DNA from: Antedon mediterranea
Taxonomy: Eukaryota > Animalia > Echinodermata
Direction of reading: 5' to 3'
DNA: 64,000 nucleotides
Assembly (NCBI RefSeq): GCF_964355755.1
Contig: NC_092672.1
Coordinates: 25,426,437 to 25,490,436, forward strand
Every line of letters begins with the position of its first letter. Within the stretch, counting starts at the first letter, position 1. This document shows positions 24,381 to 39,249 of the stretch, piece by piece. The notes under the pieces are model-generated. The model was not told the origin of the DNA. It searched no databases and was given only the letters and a program-made list of their open reading frames with translations. The position numbers were made by a program, and so were the translations under genes.

Positions 24381-27300
24381 ATGAATTAAATGTTAGAATA
24401 ATAATTAGTATTGTACGATCCGACAGCTTTTCAGACTGAGTTTCTATGTACGGTAGGATGTTTTTCAATGATTACTTGATCTTGACATTTGCTACATAGT
24501 CAACTGGTTAACTTTAAGTTACAATTATTTGAAATATGCAAATGATGGCATGTCTTTTTTTTGCCTTTTATTTGTTTTAAAAGTTTGGAAAAATTAATAA
24601 ACATTATTATTTTTATAAATTATTAGTCAAAATGCTTTAAACCGATAGTGTTAAACTTTCTAGTGCAGATGGACCAAGATGTATACATTTCGTTAATGCT
24701 TAGTACGGTAGGCCTAGATTATTTAAAACCTATTTATTTCGATAGGTGATGCTATGTATATACTATAGGTACAGGTTTCTAATTACTCTGGTTTCTCTGC
24801 ATCACGCATAAATCTTTCGCCTTTTACTAAAGATTTCCGTGTAGAGGAACAACTATTGAGTTTCAACTCAATTTTTCTCAACCCTTGTATTTGTACAAGG
24901 GTATTTATGAATTAAATGTTAGAATAATAATTAGTATTGTACGATCCGACATCTTTTCAGACTGAGTTTCTATGTACGGTATGATGTTTTTCAATGATTT
25001 CTTGATCTTGGCATTTACTACATAGTCAACTGGTTAACTTTAAGTTACAATTATTTGAAATATGCAAATTATGGAATGTCTTTTTTTTGCCTTTTATTTG
25101 TTTTAAAAGTTTAGAAAAATTAATAAACGTTATTATTCTTATAAATTATTAGTCAAAATGTTTTAAACCGATAGTGGTAAACTTTCTAGTGCAGATGGAC
25201 CAAGAGTTATGCATTTCGTTAATGTTTAGTACGGTAGGCCTACATTATTTCAAACCTATTTATTTCGATAGGTGATGCTATGTATATACTATAGGTACAG
25301 GTTTCTAATTACTCTAGTTTCTCTGCATCACGCATAAATCTTTCGCCTTTTACTAAAGATTTCCGTGTAGAGGAACGACTATTGTGTTTCAACTCAATTT
25401 TTCTCAACTCCTGTTTTTGTACAAGGGTATTTATGAATTAAATGTTAGAATAATAATTAGTATTGTACGATCCGACAGCTTTTCAGACTGAGTTTCTATG
25501 TACGGTATGATGTTTTTCAATGATTTCTTGATCTTGGCATTTTCTACATATATAGTCAACTGGTTAACTGTAAGTTACAATTATTTGAAATATGCAAATG
25601 ATGGCATGTATTTTTTTTGCCTTTTATTTGTTTTAAAAGTTTGGAAAAATTAATAAACAATATTATTTTTATAAATTATTAGTCAAAATGCTTTAAACAG
25701 ATAGTGTTAAACTTTCTAGTGCAGATGACCAAGATTTATACATTTCGTTAATGTTTAGTACGGTAGGCCTAAATTATTTCAAACCTATTTGTTTCGAGAG
25801 GTGATGCTATGTATATACTATAGGTACAGGTTTCTAATCACTCTGGTTTCTCTGCATCACGCATAAATCTTTCGCCTTTTACTAAAGATTTCCGTGTAGA
25901 GGAACAACTATTTAGTTTCAACTCAATTTTTCTCAACCCTTGTATTTGTACAAGGGTATTTATGAATTAAATGTTAGAATAATAATTAGTATTGTACGAT
26001 CCAACAGCTTTTCAGACTGAGTTTCTATGTACGGTATGACGTTTTTCAATGATTCCTTGATGGCATTTGCTACATAGTCAACTGGTTAACTTTAAGTTAC
26101 AATTATTTGAAATATGCAAATGATGCCATGTCTTTTTTTTGCCTTTTATTTGTTTTAAACGTTTGGAAAAATTAATAAACAATATTATTTTTATAAATTA
26201 TTAGTCAAAATGCTTTAAACCGATAGTGTTAAACTTTCTAGTGCAGATGACCAAGATTTATACATTTCGTTAATGTTTAGTACAGTAGGCCTACATTATT
26301 TCAAACCTATTTATTTTTATAGGTGATGCTATGTATATACTATAAGTACAGGTTTCTAATCACTCTGGTTTCTCTACATCACGCATAAATCTTTCGCCTT
26401 TTACTGAAGATTTCCGTGTAGAGGAACAACTAAACTCAATTTTTCTCAACACTTGTTTTGGTACAAGGGTATTTATTAATTAAATGTAAGAAAAATAATT
26501 AGTATTTTACGATCCGACAGCTTCTCAGACTAAGTTTCTTTGAAAAATTAATAAACATTATTATTTTTATAAATTATTAGTCAAAATGCTTTAAACCGAT
26601 AGTGTTAAACTTTCTAGTGCAGATGACCAAGATTTATACATTTCGTTAATGTTTAGTACGGTAGGCCTAAATTATTTCAAACCTATTTGTTTCGAAAGGT
26701 GATGCTATGTATATACTATAGGTACAGGTTTCTAATCACTCTGGTTTCTCTGCATCACGCATAAATCTTTCGCCTTTTACTAAAGATTTCCGTGTAGAGG
26801 AACAACTATTTAGTTTCAACTCAATTTTTCTCAACCCTTGTATTTGTACAAGGGTATTTATGAATTAAATGTTAGAATAATAATTAGTATTGTACGATCC
26901 AACAGCTTTTCAGACTGAGTTTCTATGTACGGTATGACGTTTTTCAATGATTCCTTGATGGCATTTGCTACATAGTCAACTGGTTAACTTTAAGTTACAA
27001 TTATTTGAAATATGAAAATGATGCCATGTCTTTTTTTTGCCTTTTATTTGTTTTAAACGTTTGGAAAAATTAATAAACAATATTATTTTTATAAATTATT
27101 AGTCAAAATGCTTTAAACCGATAGTGTTAAACTTTCTAGTGCAGATGACCAAGATTTATACATTTCGTTAATGTTTAGTACAGTAGGCCTACATTATTTC
27201 AAACCTATTTATTTTGATAGGTGATGCTATGTATATACTATAGGTACAGGTTTCTAATCACTCTGGTTTCTCTACATCACGCATAAATCTTTCGCCTTTT

Positions 27301-30300
27301 ACTGAAGATTTCCGTGTAGAGGAACAACTAAACTCAATTTTTCTCAACACTTGTTTTGGTACAAGGGTATTTATTAATTAAATGTAAGAAAAATAATTAG
27401 TATTTTACGATCCGACAGCTTCTCAGACTAAGTTTCTATGAAAAATTAATAAACATTATTATTTTTATAAATTATTAGTCAAAATGCTTTAAACCGATTG
27501 TGTTGAACTTTCTAGTGCAGATGAAACAAGATTTATACAGGTAGGTAGGCCTACATTATTTTAAACCTATTTATTTCGATAGGTGATGCTATGTATATAC
27601 TATAGGTACAGGTTTCTAATCACTCTGGTTTCTCTGCATCACGCATAAATCTTTCGCCTTTTACTAAAGATTTCCGTGTAGAGGAACAACTATTGAGTTT
27701 CAACTCAATTTTTCTCAACCCTTGTTTTTGTACAAGGGTATTTATTAATTAAATGTTAGAATAATAATTAGTATTGTACGATCCGACAGCTTCTCAGACT
27801 AAGTTTCTATGTAGGGCTAAGATGTATTTTCAATCGAAACTTTATTTTATTATACCAGTTACTGTATGCCTAGAAAATAAATATTAATCCTGTAGTTTAA
27901 ATACATTGAAATAAAAATTAATTTAAACAAAATATTCTATCATTTATTCCCTTGATCTTGGCATTTGTGACACAGTGAAAGGCCATTGTCAACTTCACAA
28001 TACAATTATTTGAAATATGCAAATGTGGCATGTCCTTTTTTGTCTTCTATTTGTTTAAAAAAATAAAACTTTAGAAAAAGTAATAAACATTATTATTTTT
28101 ACAAACTATTAGTCAAAATGTTTTAAACCGATAGTGGTAAACTTTCTAGTGCAGCTGGACCAAGAGTTATGCATTTCGTTAATGTTTAGTACGGTAGGTC
28201 TACATGAATTCAAACCTATTTATTTCGATAGGTGATGCAATGGATATACTATAGGTACAGGTTTCTAATCACTCTGGTGTCTCTGCATCACGCATAAATC
28301 TTTCGCCTTTTACTAAAGATTTCCGTGTAGAGGAACAACTATTGAGTTTCAACTCAATTTTTCTCAACCCTTGTTTTCGTACAAGGGTATTTATGAATTA
28401 AACGTTAGAATAATAATTAGTATTGTACGATCCGACAGCTTCTCGGACTAAGTTTCTATGTAGGGCTATGGTGTTTTTGAATGATTCTTTGATCTTGGCA
28501 TTTACTACATAGTCAACTGGTTAACTTTAAGTTACAATTATTTGAAATATGCAAATGATGGAATGTCTTTTTTTTGCCTTTTATTTGTTTTAAAAGTTTA
28601 GAAAAATTAATAAACGTTATTATTTTTATAAATTATTAGTCAAAATGTTTTAAACCGATAGTGGTAAACTTTCTAGTGCAGATGGACCAAGAGTTATGCA
28701 TTTCGGTAATGTTTAGTGCGGTAGGCCTACATTATTTCAAACCTATTTATTTCGATAGGTGATGCTATGTATATACTATAGGTACAGGTTTCTAATTACT
28801 CTGGTTTCTCTGCATCACGCATAAATCGTTCGCCTTTTACTAAAGATTTCCGTGTAGAGGAACAACTATTGAGTTTAAACTCAATTTTTCTCAACCCTTG
28901 TTTTCGTACAAGGGTATTTATGAATTAAATGTTAGAATAATAATTAGTATTGTACGATCCGATAGCTTTTCAGACTGAGTTTCAATGTACGGTATGATGT
29001 TTTTCAATGATTCCTTGATCTTCGCATTTGCAACATATAGTCAACTGGTTAACTTTAAGTTACAATTATTTGAAATATGCAAATGATGCCATGTCTTTTT
29101 TTTGCCTTTTATTTGTTTTAAAAGTTTGGAAAAATTAATAAACATAATTATTTTATAAATTATAAGTAAAAATGCTTTAAACCGATATTGTTAAACTTTC
29201 TAGTACAGATGAACCAAGCTTTCTACATTTCGTTAATGTTTAGGCCTACATTATTTCAAACCTATTTATTTCGATAGGTGATGCTATGTATATACTATAG
29301 GTACAGGTTTCTAATTACTCTAGTTTCTCTGCATCACGCATAAATCTTTCGCCTTTTACTAAAGATTTCCGTGTAAAGGAACAACTATTGAGTTTCAACT
29401 CAATTTTTCTCAACCCTTGTATTTGTACAAGGGTATTTATGAATTAAATGTTAGAATAATAATTAGTATTGTACAATCCGACAGCTTTTCAGACTGAGTT
29501 TCTATGTACGGTAGGATGTTTTTCAATGATTACTTGATCTTGACATTTGCTACATAGTCAACTGGTTAACTTTAAGTTAAAATTATTTGAAATATGCAAA
29601 TGATGGCATGTCTTTTTTTTGCCTTTTATTTGTTTTAAAAGTTTGGAAAAATTAATAAACATTATTATTTTTAAAAATTATAAGTAAAAATGCTTTAAAC
29701 CGATATTGTTAAACTTTCTAGTACAGATGAACCAAGCTTTCTACATTTCGTTAATGTTTAGGCCTACATTATTTCAAACCTATTTATTTCGATAGGTGAT
29801 GCAATGGATATACTATAGGTACAGGTTTCTAATTACTCTAGTTTCTCTGCATCACGCATAAATCTTTCGCCTTTTACTAAAGATTTCCTTGTAGAGGAAC
29901 GACTATTGTGTTTCAACTCAATTTTTCTCAACTCTTGTTTTTGTACAAGGGTATTTATGAATTAAATGTTTGAATAATAATTAGTATTGTACGATCCGAC
30001 AGCTTTTCAGACTGAGTTTCTATGTACGGTATGACGTTCTTCAATGATTTCTTGATCTTGGCATTGTCTACACAGTCAACTGGTTAACTGTAAGTTACAA
30101 TTATTTGAAATATGCAAATGATGGCATGTCTTTTTTTTTGCCTTTTATTTGTTTTAAAAGTTTGGAAAATTAATAAACAATATTATTTTTATAAATTATT
30201 AGTCAAAATGCTTTAAACCGATAGTGTTAAACTTTCTAGTGCAGATGGACCAAGATGTATACATTTCGTTAATGCTTAGTACGGTAGGCCTAGATTATTT

Positions 30301-33300
30301 AAAACCTATTTATTTCGATAGGTGATGCTATGTATATACTATAGGTACAGGTTTCTAATTACTCTGGTTTCTCTGCATCACGCACAAATCTTTCGCCTTT
30401 TACTAAAGATTTCCTTGTAGAGGAACAACTATTGAGTTTCAACTCAATTTTTCTCAACCCTTGTATTTGTACAAGGGTATTTATGAATTAAATGTTAGAA
30501 TAATAATTAGTATTGTACGATCCGACATCTTTTCAGACTGAGTTTCTATGTACGGTATGATGTTTTTCAATGATTTCTTGATCCTGGCATTTGCTACATA
30601 GTCAACTGGTTAACTTTAAGTTACAATTATTTGAAATATGCAAATGATGGCATGTATTTCTTTTGCCTTTTATTTGATTTAAAAGTTTGGAAAAATTAAT
30701 AAACAATATTATTTTTATAAATTATAAGTAAAAATGCTTTAAACCGATATTGTTTAACTTTCTAGTGCAGATGACCAAGATTTATACATTTCGTTAATGT
30801 TTAGGCCTACATTATTTCAAACCTATTTATTTCGATAGGTGATGCAATGGATATACTATAGGTACAGGTTTCTAATTACTCTAGTTTCTCTGCATCACGC
30901 ATAAATCTTTCGCCTTTTACTAAAGATTTCCGTGTAGAGGAACGACTATTGTGTTTCAACTCAATTTTTCTCAACTCCTGTTTTTGTACAAGGGTATTTA
31001 TGAAATAAATGTTAGAATAATAATTAGTATTGTACGATCCGACAGCTTTTCAGACTGAGTTTCTATGTACGGTATGATGTTTTTCAATGATTTCTTGATC
31101 TTGGCATTTACTACATAGTCAACTGGTTAACTTTAAGTTACAATTATTTGAAATATGCAAATTATGGAATGTCTTTTTTTTGCCTTTTATTTGTTTTAAA
31201 AGTTTAGAAAAATTAATAAACGTTATTATTTTTATAAATTATTAGTCAAAATGTTTTAAACCGATAGTGGTAAACTTTCTAGTGCAGATGGACCAAGAGT
31301 TATGCATTTCGTTAATGTTTAGTACGGTAGGCCTACATTATTTCAAACCTATTTATTTCGATAGGTGATGCTATGTATATACTATAGGTACAGGTTTCTA
31401 ATTACTCTAGTTTCTCTGCATCACGCATAAATCTTTCGCCTTTTACTAAAGATTTCCGTGTAGAGGAACAACTATTGAGTTTCAACTCAATTTTTCTCAA
31501 CTCTTGTTTGTGTACAAGGGTATTTATGAATTAAATGTTAGAATAATAATTAGTAATGTGCGATCCGACAGCTTTTCAGACTGAGTTTCTATGTACGGTA
31601 TGATGTTTTTCAATGATTTCTTGATCCTGGCATTTGCTACATAGTCAACTGGTTAACTTTAAGTTACAATTGTTTGAAATATGCAAATGATGGCATGTGT
31701 TTTTTTTGCCTTTTATTTGTTTTAAAAGTTTGGAAAAATTATTAAACATTATTATTTTTAAAAATTATAAGTAAAAATGCTTTAAACCGATATTGTTAAA
31801 CTTTCTAGTACAGATGACCAAGCTTTATACATTTCGTTAATGTTTAGTACGGTAGGCCTACATTATCTCAAACCTATTTGTTTCAAAAGGTGATGCTATG
31901 TATATACTATAGGTACAGATTTCTAATCAGTCTTGTTTCTCTGCATCACGCATAAATCTTTCGCCTTTTACTAAAGATTTCCGTGTAAAGGAACAACTAT
32001 TGAGTTTCAACTCAATTTTTCTCAACCCTTGTATTTGTACAAGGGTATTTATGAATTAAATGTTAGAATAATAATTAGTATTGTACGATCCGACAGGTTT
32101 TCAGACTGTGTTTCTATGTACGGTAGGATGTTTTTCAATGATTACTTGATCTTGACATTTGCTACATAGTCAACTGGTTAACTTTAAGTTAAAATTATTT
32201 GAAATATGCAAATGATGGCATGTCTTTTTTTTGCCTTTTATTTGTTTTAAAAGTTTGGAAAAATTAATAAACATTATTATTTTTAAAAATTATAAGTAAA
32301 AATGCTTTAAACCGATATTGTTAAACTTTCTAGAACAGATGAACCAAGCTTTCTACATTTCGTTAATGTTTAGGCCTACATTATTTCAAACCTATTTATT
32401 TCGATAGGTGACGCAATGGATATACTATAGGTACAGGTTTCTAATTACTCTAGTTTCTCTGCATCACGCATAAATCTTTCGCCTTTTACTAAAGATTTCC
32501 GTGTAGAGGAACGACTATTGTGTTTCAACTCGATTTTTCTCAACTCTTGTTTTTGTACAAGGGTATTTATGAATTAAATGTTAGAATAATAATTAGTATT
32601 GTACGATCCGACAGCTTTTCAGACTGAGTTTCTATGTACGGTATGACGTTCTTCAATGATTTCTTGAACTTGGCATTGTCTACACAGTCAACTGGTTAAC
32701 TGTAAGTTACAATTATTTGAAATATGCAAATGATGGCATGTCTTTTTTTTTGCCTTTTATTTGTTTTAAAAGTTTGGAAAATTAATAAACAATATTATTT
32801 TTATAAATTATTAGTCAAAATGCTTTAAACCGATAGTGTTAAACTTTCTAGTGCAGATGGACCAAGATGTATACATTTCGTTAATGCTTAGTACGGTAGG
32901 CCTAGATTATTTAAAACCTATTTATTTCGATAGGTGATGCTATGTATATACTATAGGTACATGTTTCTAATTACTCTGGTTTCTCTGCATCACGCATAAA
33001 TCTTTCGCCTTTTACTAAAGATTTCCGTGTAGAGGAACAACTATTGAGTTTCAACTCAATTTTTCTCAACCCTTGTTTTCGTACAAGGGTATTTATTAAT
33101 TAAATGTTAGAATAATAATTAGTATTGTACGATCCGACAGCTTCTCAGACTAAGTTTCTATGTAGGGCTATGATGTATTTTCAATCGAAACTTTATTTTA
33201 TAATACCAGTTACTGTATGCCTAGAAAATAAATATTAATCATGTAGTTTAAATACATTGAAATAAAAATTAATTTAAACAAAATATTCTATCATTTATTC

Positions 33301-36300
33301 CCTTGATCTTGGCATTTGTGACACAGTGAAAGGCCATTGTCAACTTCACAATACAATTATTTGAAATATGCAAATGTGGCATGTCCTTTTTTGTCTTCTA
33401 TTTGTTAAAAAAAATAAAACTTTAGAAAAATTAATAAACATTATTATTTTTACAAACTATTAGTCAAAATGTTTAAAACCGATAGTGGTAAACTTTCTAG
33501 TGCAGCTGGACCAAGAGTTATGCATTTCGTTAATGTTTAGTACGGTAGGTCTACATGAATTCAAACCTATTTATTTCGATAGGTGATGCAATGGATATAC
33601 TATAGGTACAGGTTTTTAATCACTCTGGTGTCTCTGCATCACGCATAAATCTTTCGCCTTTTACTAAAGATTTCCGTGTAGAGGAACAACTATTGAGTTT
33701 CAACTCAATTTTTCTCAACCCTTGTTTTCGTACAAGGGTATTTATGAATTAAACGTTAGAATAATAATTAGTATTGTACGATCCGACAGCTTCTCAGACT
33801 AAGTTTCTATGTAGGGCTATGGTGTTTTTGAATGATTCTTTGATCTTGGCATTTACTACATAGTCAACTGGTTAACTTTAAGTTACAATTATTTGAAATA
33901 TGCAAATGATGGAATGTCTTTTTTTTGCCTTTTATTTGTTTTAAAAGTTTAGAAAAATTAATAAACGTTATTATTTTTATAAATTATTAGTCAAAATGTT
34001 TTAAACCGATAGTGGTAAACTTTCTAGTGCAGATGGACCAAGAGTTATGCATTTCGTTAATGTTTAGTACGGTAGGCCTACATTATTTCAAACCTATTTA
34101 TTTCGATAGGTGATGCTATGTATATACTATAGGTACAGGTTTCTAATTACTCTGGTTTCTCTACATCACGCATAAATCTTTCGCCTTTTACTAAAGATTT
34201 CCGTGTAGAGGAACAACTATTGAGTTTCAACTCAATTTTTCTCAACCCTTGTTTTGGTACAAGGGTATTTATGAATTAAATGTTAGAATAATAATTAGTA
34301 TTGTACGATCCGACAGCTTCTCAGACTAAGTTTCTATGTAGGGCTATGATGTATTTTCAATCGAAACTTTATTTTATTATACAAGTTACTGTATGCCTAG
34401 AAAATAAATATTAATCCTGTAGTTTAAATACATTGAAATAAAAATTAATTTAAACAAAATATTCTATCATTTATTCCCTTGATCTTGGCATTTGTGACAC
34501 AGTGAAAGGCCATTGTCAACTTCACAATACAATTATTTGAAATATGCAAATGTGGCATGTCCTTTTTTGTCTTCTATTTGTTTAAAAAAAATAAAACTTT
34601 AGAAAAATTAATAAACATTATTATTTTTACAAACTATTAGTCAAAATGTTTTATACCGATAGTGGCAAACTTTCTAGTGCAGCTGGACCAAGAGTTATGC
34701 ATTTCGTTAATGTTTAGTACGGTAGGTCTACATGAATTCAAACCTATTTATTTCGATAGGTGATGCAATGGATATACTATAGGTACAGGTTTCTAATTAC
34801 TCTAGTTTCTCTGCATCACGCATAAATCTTTCGCCTTTTACTAAAGATTTCTGTGTAGAGGAACGACTATTGTGTTTCAACTCAATTTTTCTCAACTCTT
34901 GTTTTTGTACAAGGGTATTTATGAATTAAATGTTAGAATAATAATTAGTATTGTACGATCCGACAGCTTTTCAGACTGAGTTTCTATGTACGGTATGACG
35001 TTCTTCAATGATTTCTTGATCTTGGCATTGTCTACACAGTCAACTGGTTAACTGTAAGTTACAATTATTTGAAATATGCAAATAATGGCATGTCTTTTTT
35101 TTGCCTTTTATTTGTTTTAAAAGTTTGGAAAATTAATAAACAATATTATTTTTATAAATTATTAGTCAAAATGCTTTAAACCGATAGTGTTAAACTTTCT
35201 AGTGCAGATGGACCAAGATGTATACATTTCGTTAATGCTTAGTACGGTAGGCCTAGATTATTTAAAACCTATTTATTTCGATAGGTGATGCTATGTATAT
35301 ACTATAGGTACAGGTTTCTAATTACTCTGGTTTCTCTGCATCACGCATAAATCTTTCGCCTTTTACTAAAGATTTCCGTGTAGAGGAACAACTATTGAGT
35401 TTCAACTCAATTTTTCTCAACCCTTGTTTTCATACAAGGGTATTTATTAATTAAATGTTAGAATAATAATTAGTATTGTACGATCCGACAGCTTCTCAGA
35501 CTAAGTTTCTATGTAGGGCTATGATGTATTTTCAATCGAAACTTTATTTTATAATACCAGTTACTGTATGCCTAAAAAATAAATATTAATCATGTAGTTT
35601 AAATACATTGAAATAAAAATTAATTTAAACAAAATATTCTATCATTTATTCCCTTGATCTTGGCATTTGTGACACAGTGAAAGGCCATTGTCAACTTCAC
35701 AATACAATTATTTGAAATATGAAAATGTGGCATGTCCTTTTTTGTCTTCTATTTGTTTAAAAAAATAAAACTTTAGAAAAATTATAAACATTATTATTTT
35801 TACAAACTATTAGTCAAAATGTTTAAAACCGATAGTGGTAAACTTTCTAGTGCAGCTGGACCAAGAGTTATGCATTTCGTTAATGTTTAGTACGGTAGGT
35901 CTACATGAATTCAAACCTATTTATTTCGATAGGTGATGCAATGGATATACTATAGGTACAGGTTTCTAATCACTCTGGTGTCTCTGCATCACGCATAAAT
36001 CTTTCGCCTTTTACTAAAGATTTCCGTGTAGAGGAACAACTATTGAGTTTCAACTCAATTTTTCTCAACCCTTGTTTTCGTACAAGGGTATTTATGAATT
36101 AAACGTTAGAATAATAATTAGTATTGTACGATCCGACAGCTTCTCAGACTAAGTTTCTATGTAGGGCTATGGTGTTTTTGAATGATTCTTTGATCTTGGC
36201 ATTTACTACATAGTCAACTGGTTAACTTTAAGTTACAATTATTTGAAATATGCAAATGATGGAATGTCTTTTTTTTGCCTTTTATTTGTTTTAAAAGTTT

Positions 36301-38068
36301 AGAAAAATTAATAAACGTTATTATTTTTATAAATTATTAGTCAAAATGTTTTAAACCGATAGTGGTAAACTTTCTACTGCAGATGGACCAAGAGTTATGC
36401 ATTTCGTTAATGTTTAGTACGGTAGGCCTACATTATTTCAAACCTATTTATTTCGATAGGTGATGCTATGTATATACTATAGGTACAGGTTTCTAATCAC
36501 TCTGGTGTCTCTGCATCACGCATAAATCTTTCGCCTTTTACTAAAGATTTCCGTGTAGAGGAACAACTATTGAGTTTCAACTCAATTTTTCTCAACCCTT
36601 GTTTTGGTACAAGGGTATTTATGAATTAAATGTTAGAATAATAATTAGTATTGTACGATCCGACAGCTTCTCAGACTAAGTTTCTATGTAGGGCTATGAT
36701 GTATTTTCAATCGAAACTTTATTTTATTATACAAGTTACTGTATGCCTAGAAAATAAATATTAATCCTGTAGTTTAAATACATTGAAATAAAAATTAATT
36801 TAAACAAAATATTCTATCATTTATTCCCTTGATCTTGGCATTTGTGACACAGTGAAAGGCCATTGTCAACTTCACAATACAATTATTTGAAATATGCAAA
36901 TGTGGCATGTCCTTTTTGGTCTTCTATTTGTTTAAAAAAATAAAACTTTAGAAAAATTAATAAACATTATTATTTTTACAAACTATTAGTCAAAATGTTT
37001 TATACCGATAGTGGCAAACTTTCTAGTGCAGCTGGACCAAGAGTTATGCATTTCGTTAATGTTTATTACGGTAGGTCTACATGAATTCAAACCTATTTAT
37101 TTCGATAGGTGATGCAATGGATATACTATAGGTACAGGTTTTTAATTACTCTAGTTTCTCTGCATCACGCATAAATCTTTCGCCTTTTACTAAAGATTTC
37201 CGTGTAGAGGAACAACTATTGAGTTTCAACTCAATTTTTCTCAACTCTTGTATTTGTACAAGGGTATTTATGAATTAAATGTTAGAATAATAATTAGTAT
37301 TGTACGATCCGACATCTTTTCAGACTGAGTTTCTATGTACGGTATGATGTTTTTCAATGATTTCTTGATCCTGGCATTTGCTACATAGTCAACTGGTTAA
37401 CTGTAAGTTACAATTATTTGAAATATGCAAATGATGGCATGTATTTTTTTTGCCTTTTATTTGATTTAAAAGTTTGGAAAAATTAATAAACAATATTATT
37501 TTTATAAATTATTAGTCAAAATGCTTTAAACCGATAGTGTTAAACTTTCTAGTGCAGATGACCAAGATTTATACATTTCGTTAATGTTTATTACGGTAGG
37601 CCTACATTATTTCAAACCTATTTGTTTCGAAAGGCGATGCTATGTATATACTATAGGTACAGGTTTCTAATCACTCTGGTTTCTCTGAATCACGCATAAA
37701 TCTTTCGCCTTTTACTAAAGATTTTCGTGTAGAGGAACAATTATTGAGTTTCAACTCAATTTTTCTCAACCCTTGTATTTGTACAAGGGTATTTATGAAT
37801 TAAATGTTAGAATAATAATTAGTATTGTACGATCCGACAGCTTCTCAGACTAAGTTTCATTATACGGCTATGATGTATTTTCAATCGAAACTTTATTTTA
37901 TCATACCAGGTACTGTATGCCTAGAAAATAAATAATAATCCTGTAGTTTAAATACATTGAATTAAAAATTAATTTCAACAAAATATTCTATCATTTATTC
38001 CCTTGATCTTGGCATTTGTAACACAGTGAAAGGCCATTGTCAACTTCACAATACAATTATTTGAAATA

Positions 38069-39249
38069 CTAGAGGGTGAGCTCGCTTCGCTCGCTCCCCC
38101 TCTAGGAAGTGTAGACGATGGTTCTCGGAATGATAATGTTCTCCTTATACATTTTCTGTCGGTTACCATTATTGAAAATGCTTGACATTCGTAAAACTAA
38201 ACTACTTTGTTTCACAGTGTTTTAGATGATTAATAACATTTTAAAGTATAGTTTTTATTGTTTGGTAGGGCCCTTTGGGGAGGCGGAGGTCATTTGAGGG
38301 AGGTGCTTATTCGAGGGATATATGCTAAATTTTTTAGTTTTAATAATATGGTAACATTTATAATCAAATGAAATCCTCTAATAGATATGAAAAGTGCTAA
38401 AAAAGAATAACAAATGCTTGGTAAATTGTAGATAACAGTGCGGTGAATTCTACTACAAATAGTATAATTTTGTTATTATAAATATGTGGATGGACGTTTA
38501 CTAGATAGTTGGGTTGGGGGGGGGGGGGTTTATTATTCAAAGTGATGTTTTATTGGAGAGGCGTTTATTCAAATGAATACCATCCTAATAATTATTAATA
38601 CATTATTTAATTTAATCATCTTTTGAAACTGCCGTAACAGAGTGGGCCCAAGAAAGAAAACATTACGGCTTGCAACATGGGCAGACATCTCGGTCCTAAC
38701 GGGACACAGGAAGATAGCCTACAGTTATTCCTGCAAGCTTACTCAATAAAACTCAGCTATCGGGATTTCACTCGAAAAATGTCTTATCATCAAATCTCCC
38801 TATGTAATTTTATAATACTATTCCCCACAATATATTCTGATTCTTTATGACGTATATTTAATTTGATCTTTATTAATTTGCAGTATAATTTAACTACTGT
38901 ACCTTCACACACGCGTGGTATGTTTTAAAATAAACAAAAAACTGAAATGGCTATGACTAATGGCCAACCACTCCTACTATCTGATTTTTTTTTCGTCTTC
39001 CAAAGGGACACTGTATTGATTGATGGAAAGTGCCTGTTTCCAGTCACCTTTAGGGTCAAATCTATTATTTTAACTGCTCCCTTGTGTTTAAAAGAGAGAA
39101 AATATTTGAAACTAAGGTTGTTGCAAGGTGAACTTATCTTAAACCCGAAAATTACTTTGACCGGGAAGAATTGAAATTGAGAGGAAAATCTACCGAAGTT
39201 TTTGCATTGTGCTCGCCTATGTCAGAATTAACCATAATTTATATATAGA
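38069..39249 (-). mobile_element. Non-autonomous Helitron
   Basis: Minus strand begins TCTATATATAAA and ends with GC-rich hairpin region GAGCGAGCGAAGCGAGCTC...CTAG. Inserted exactly between A and T of satellite motif GAAATA|TGCAAATGTGG with no TSD. Confidence 0.92.

Larger units (their letters stand above)
15741..38068. repeat. Satellite array, ~525-bp monomer (~650-bp long variant), roughly 35 units, with higher-order structure and three nested TE insertions
   Basis: Marker GAAATATGCAAATGATG recurs at ~16560, 17079, 18164, 18689, 19218, 19744, 20263, 20791, 21320 and onward (spacing ~518-529). The unit count is an estimate from length. Confidence 0.97.

Noticed and set aside
15741-38068. 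Satellite as a tandem snRNA/5S/snoRNA/histone or retrozyme array
   Set aside because: No recognisable RNA-gene sequence, no CUGANGA/GAAA hammerhead pair, no convincing C/D boxes and no ORF in the monomer.
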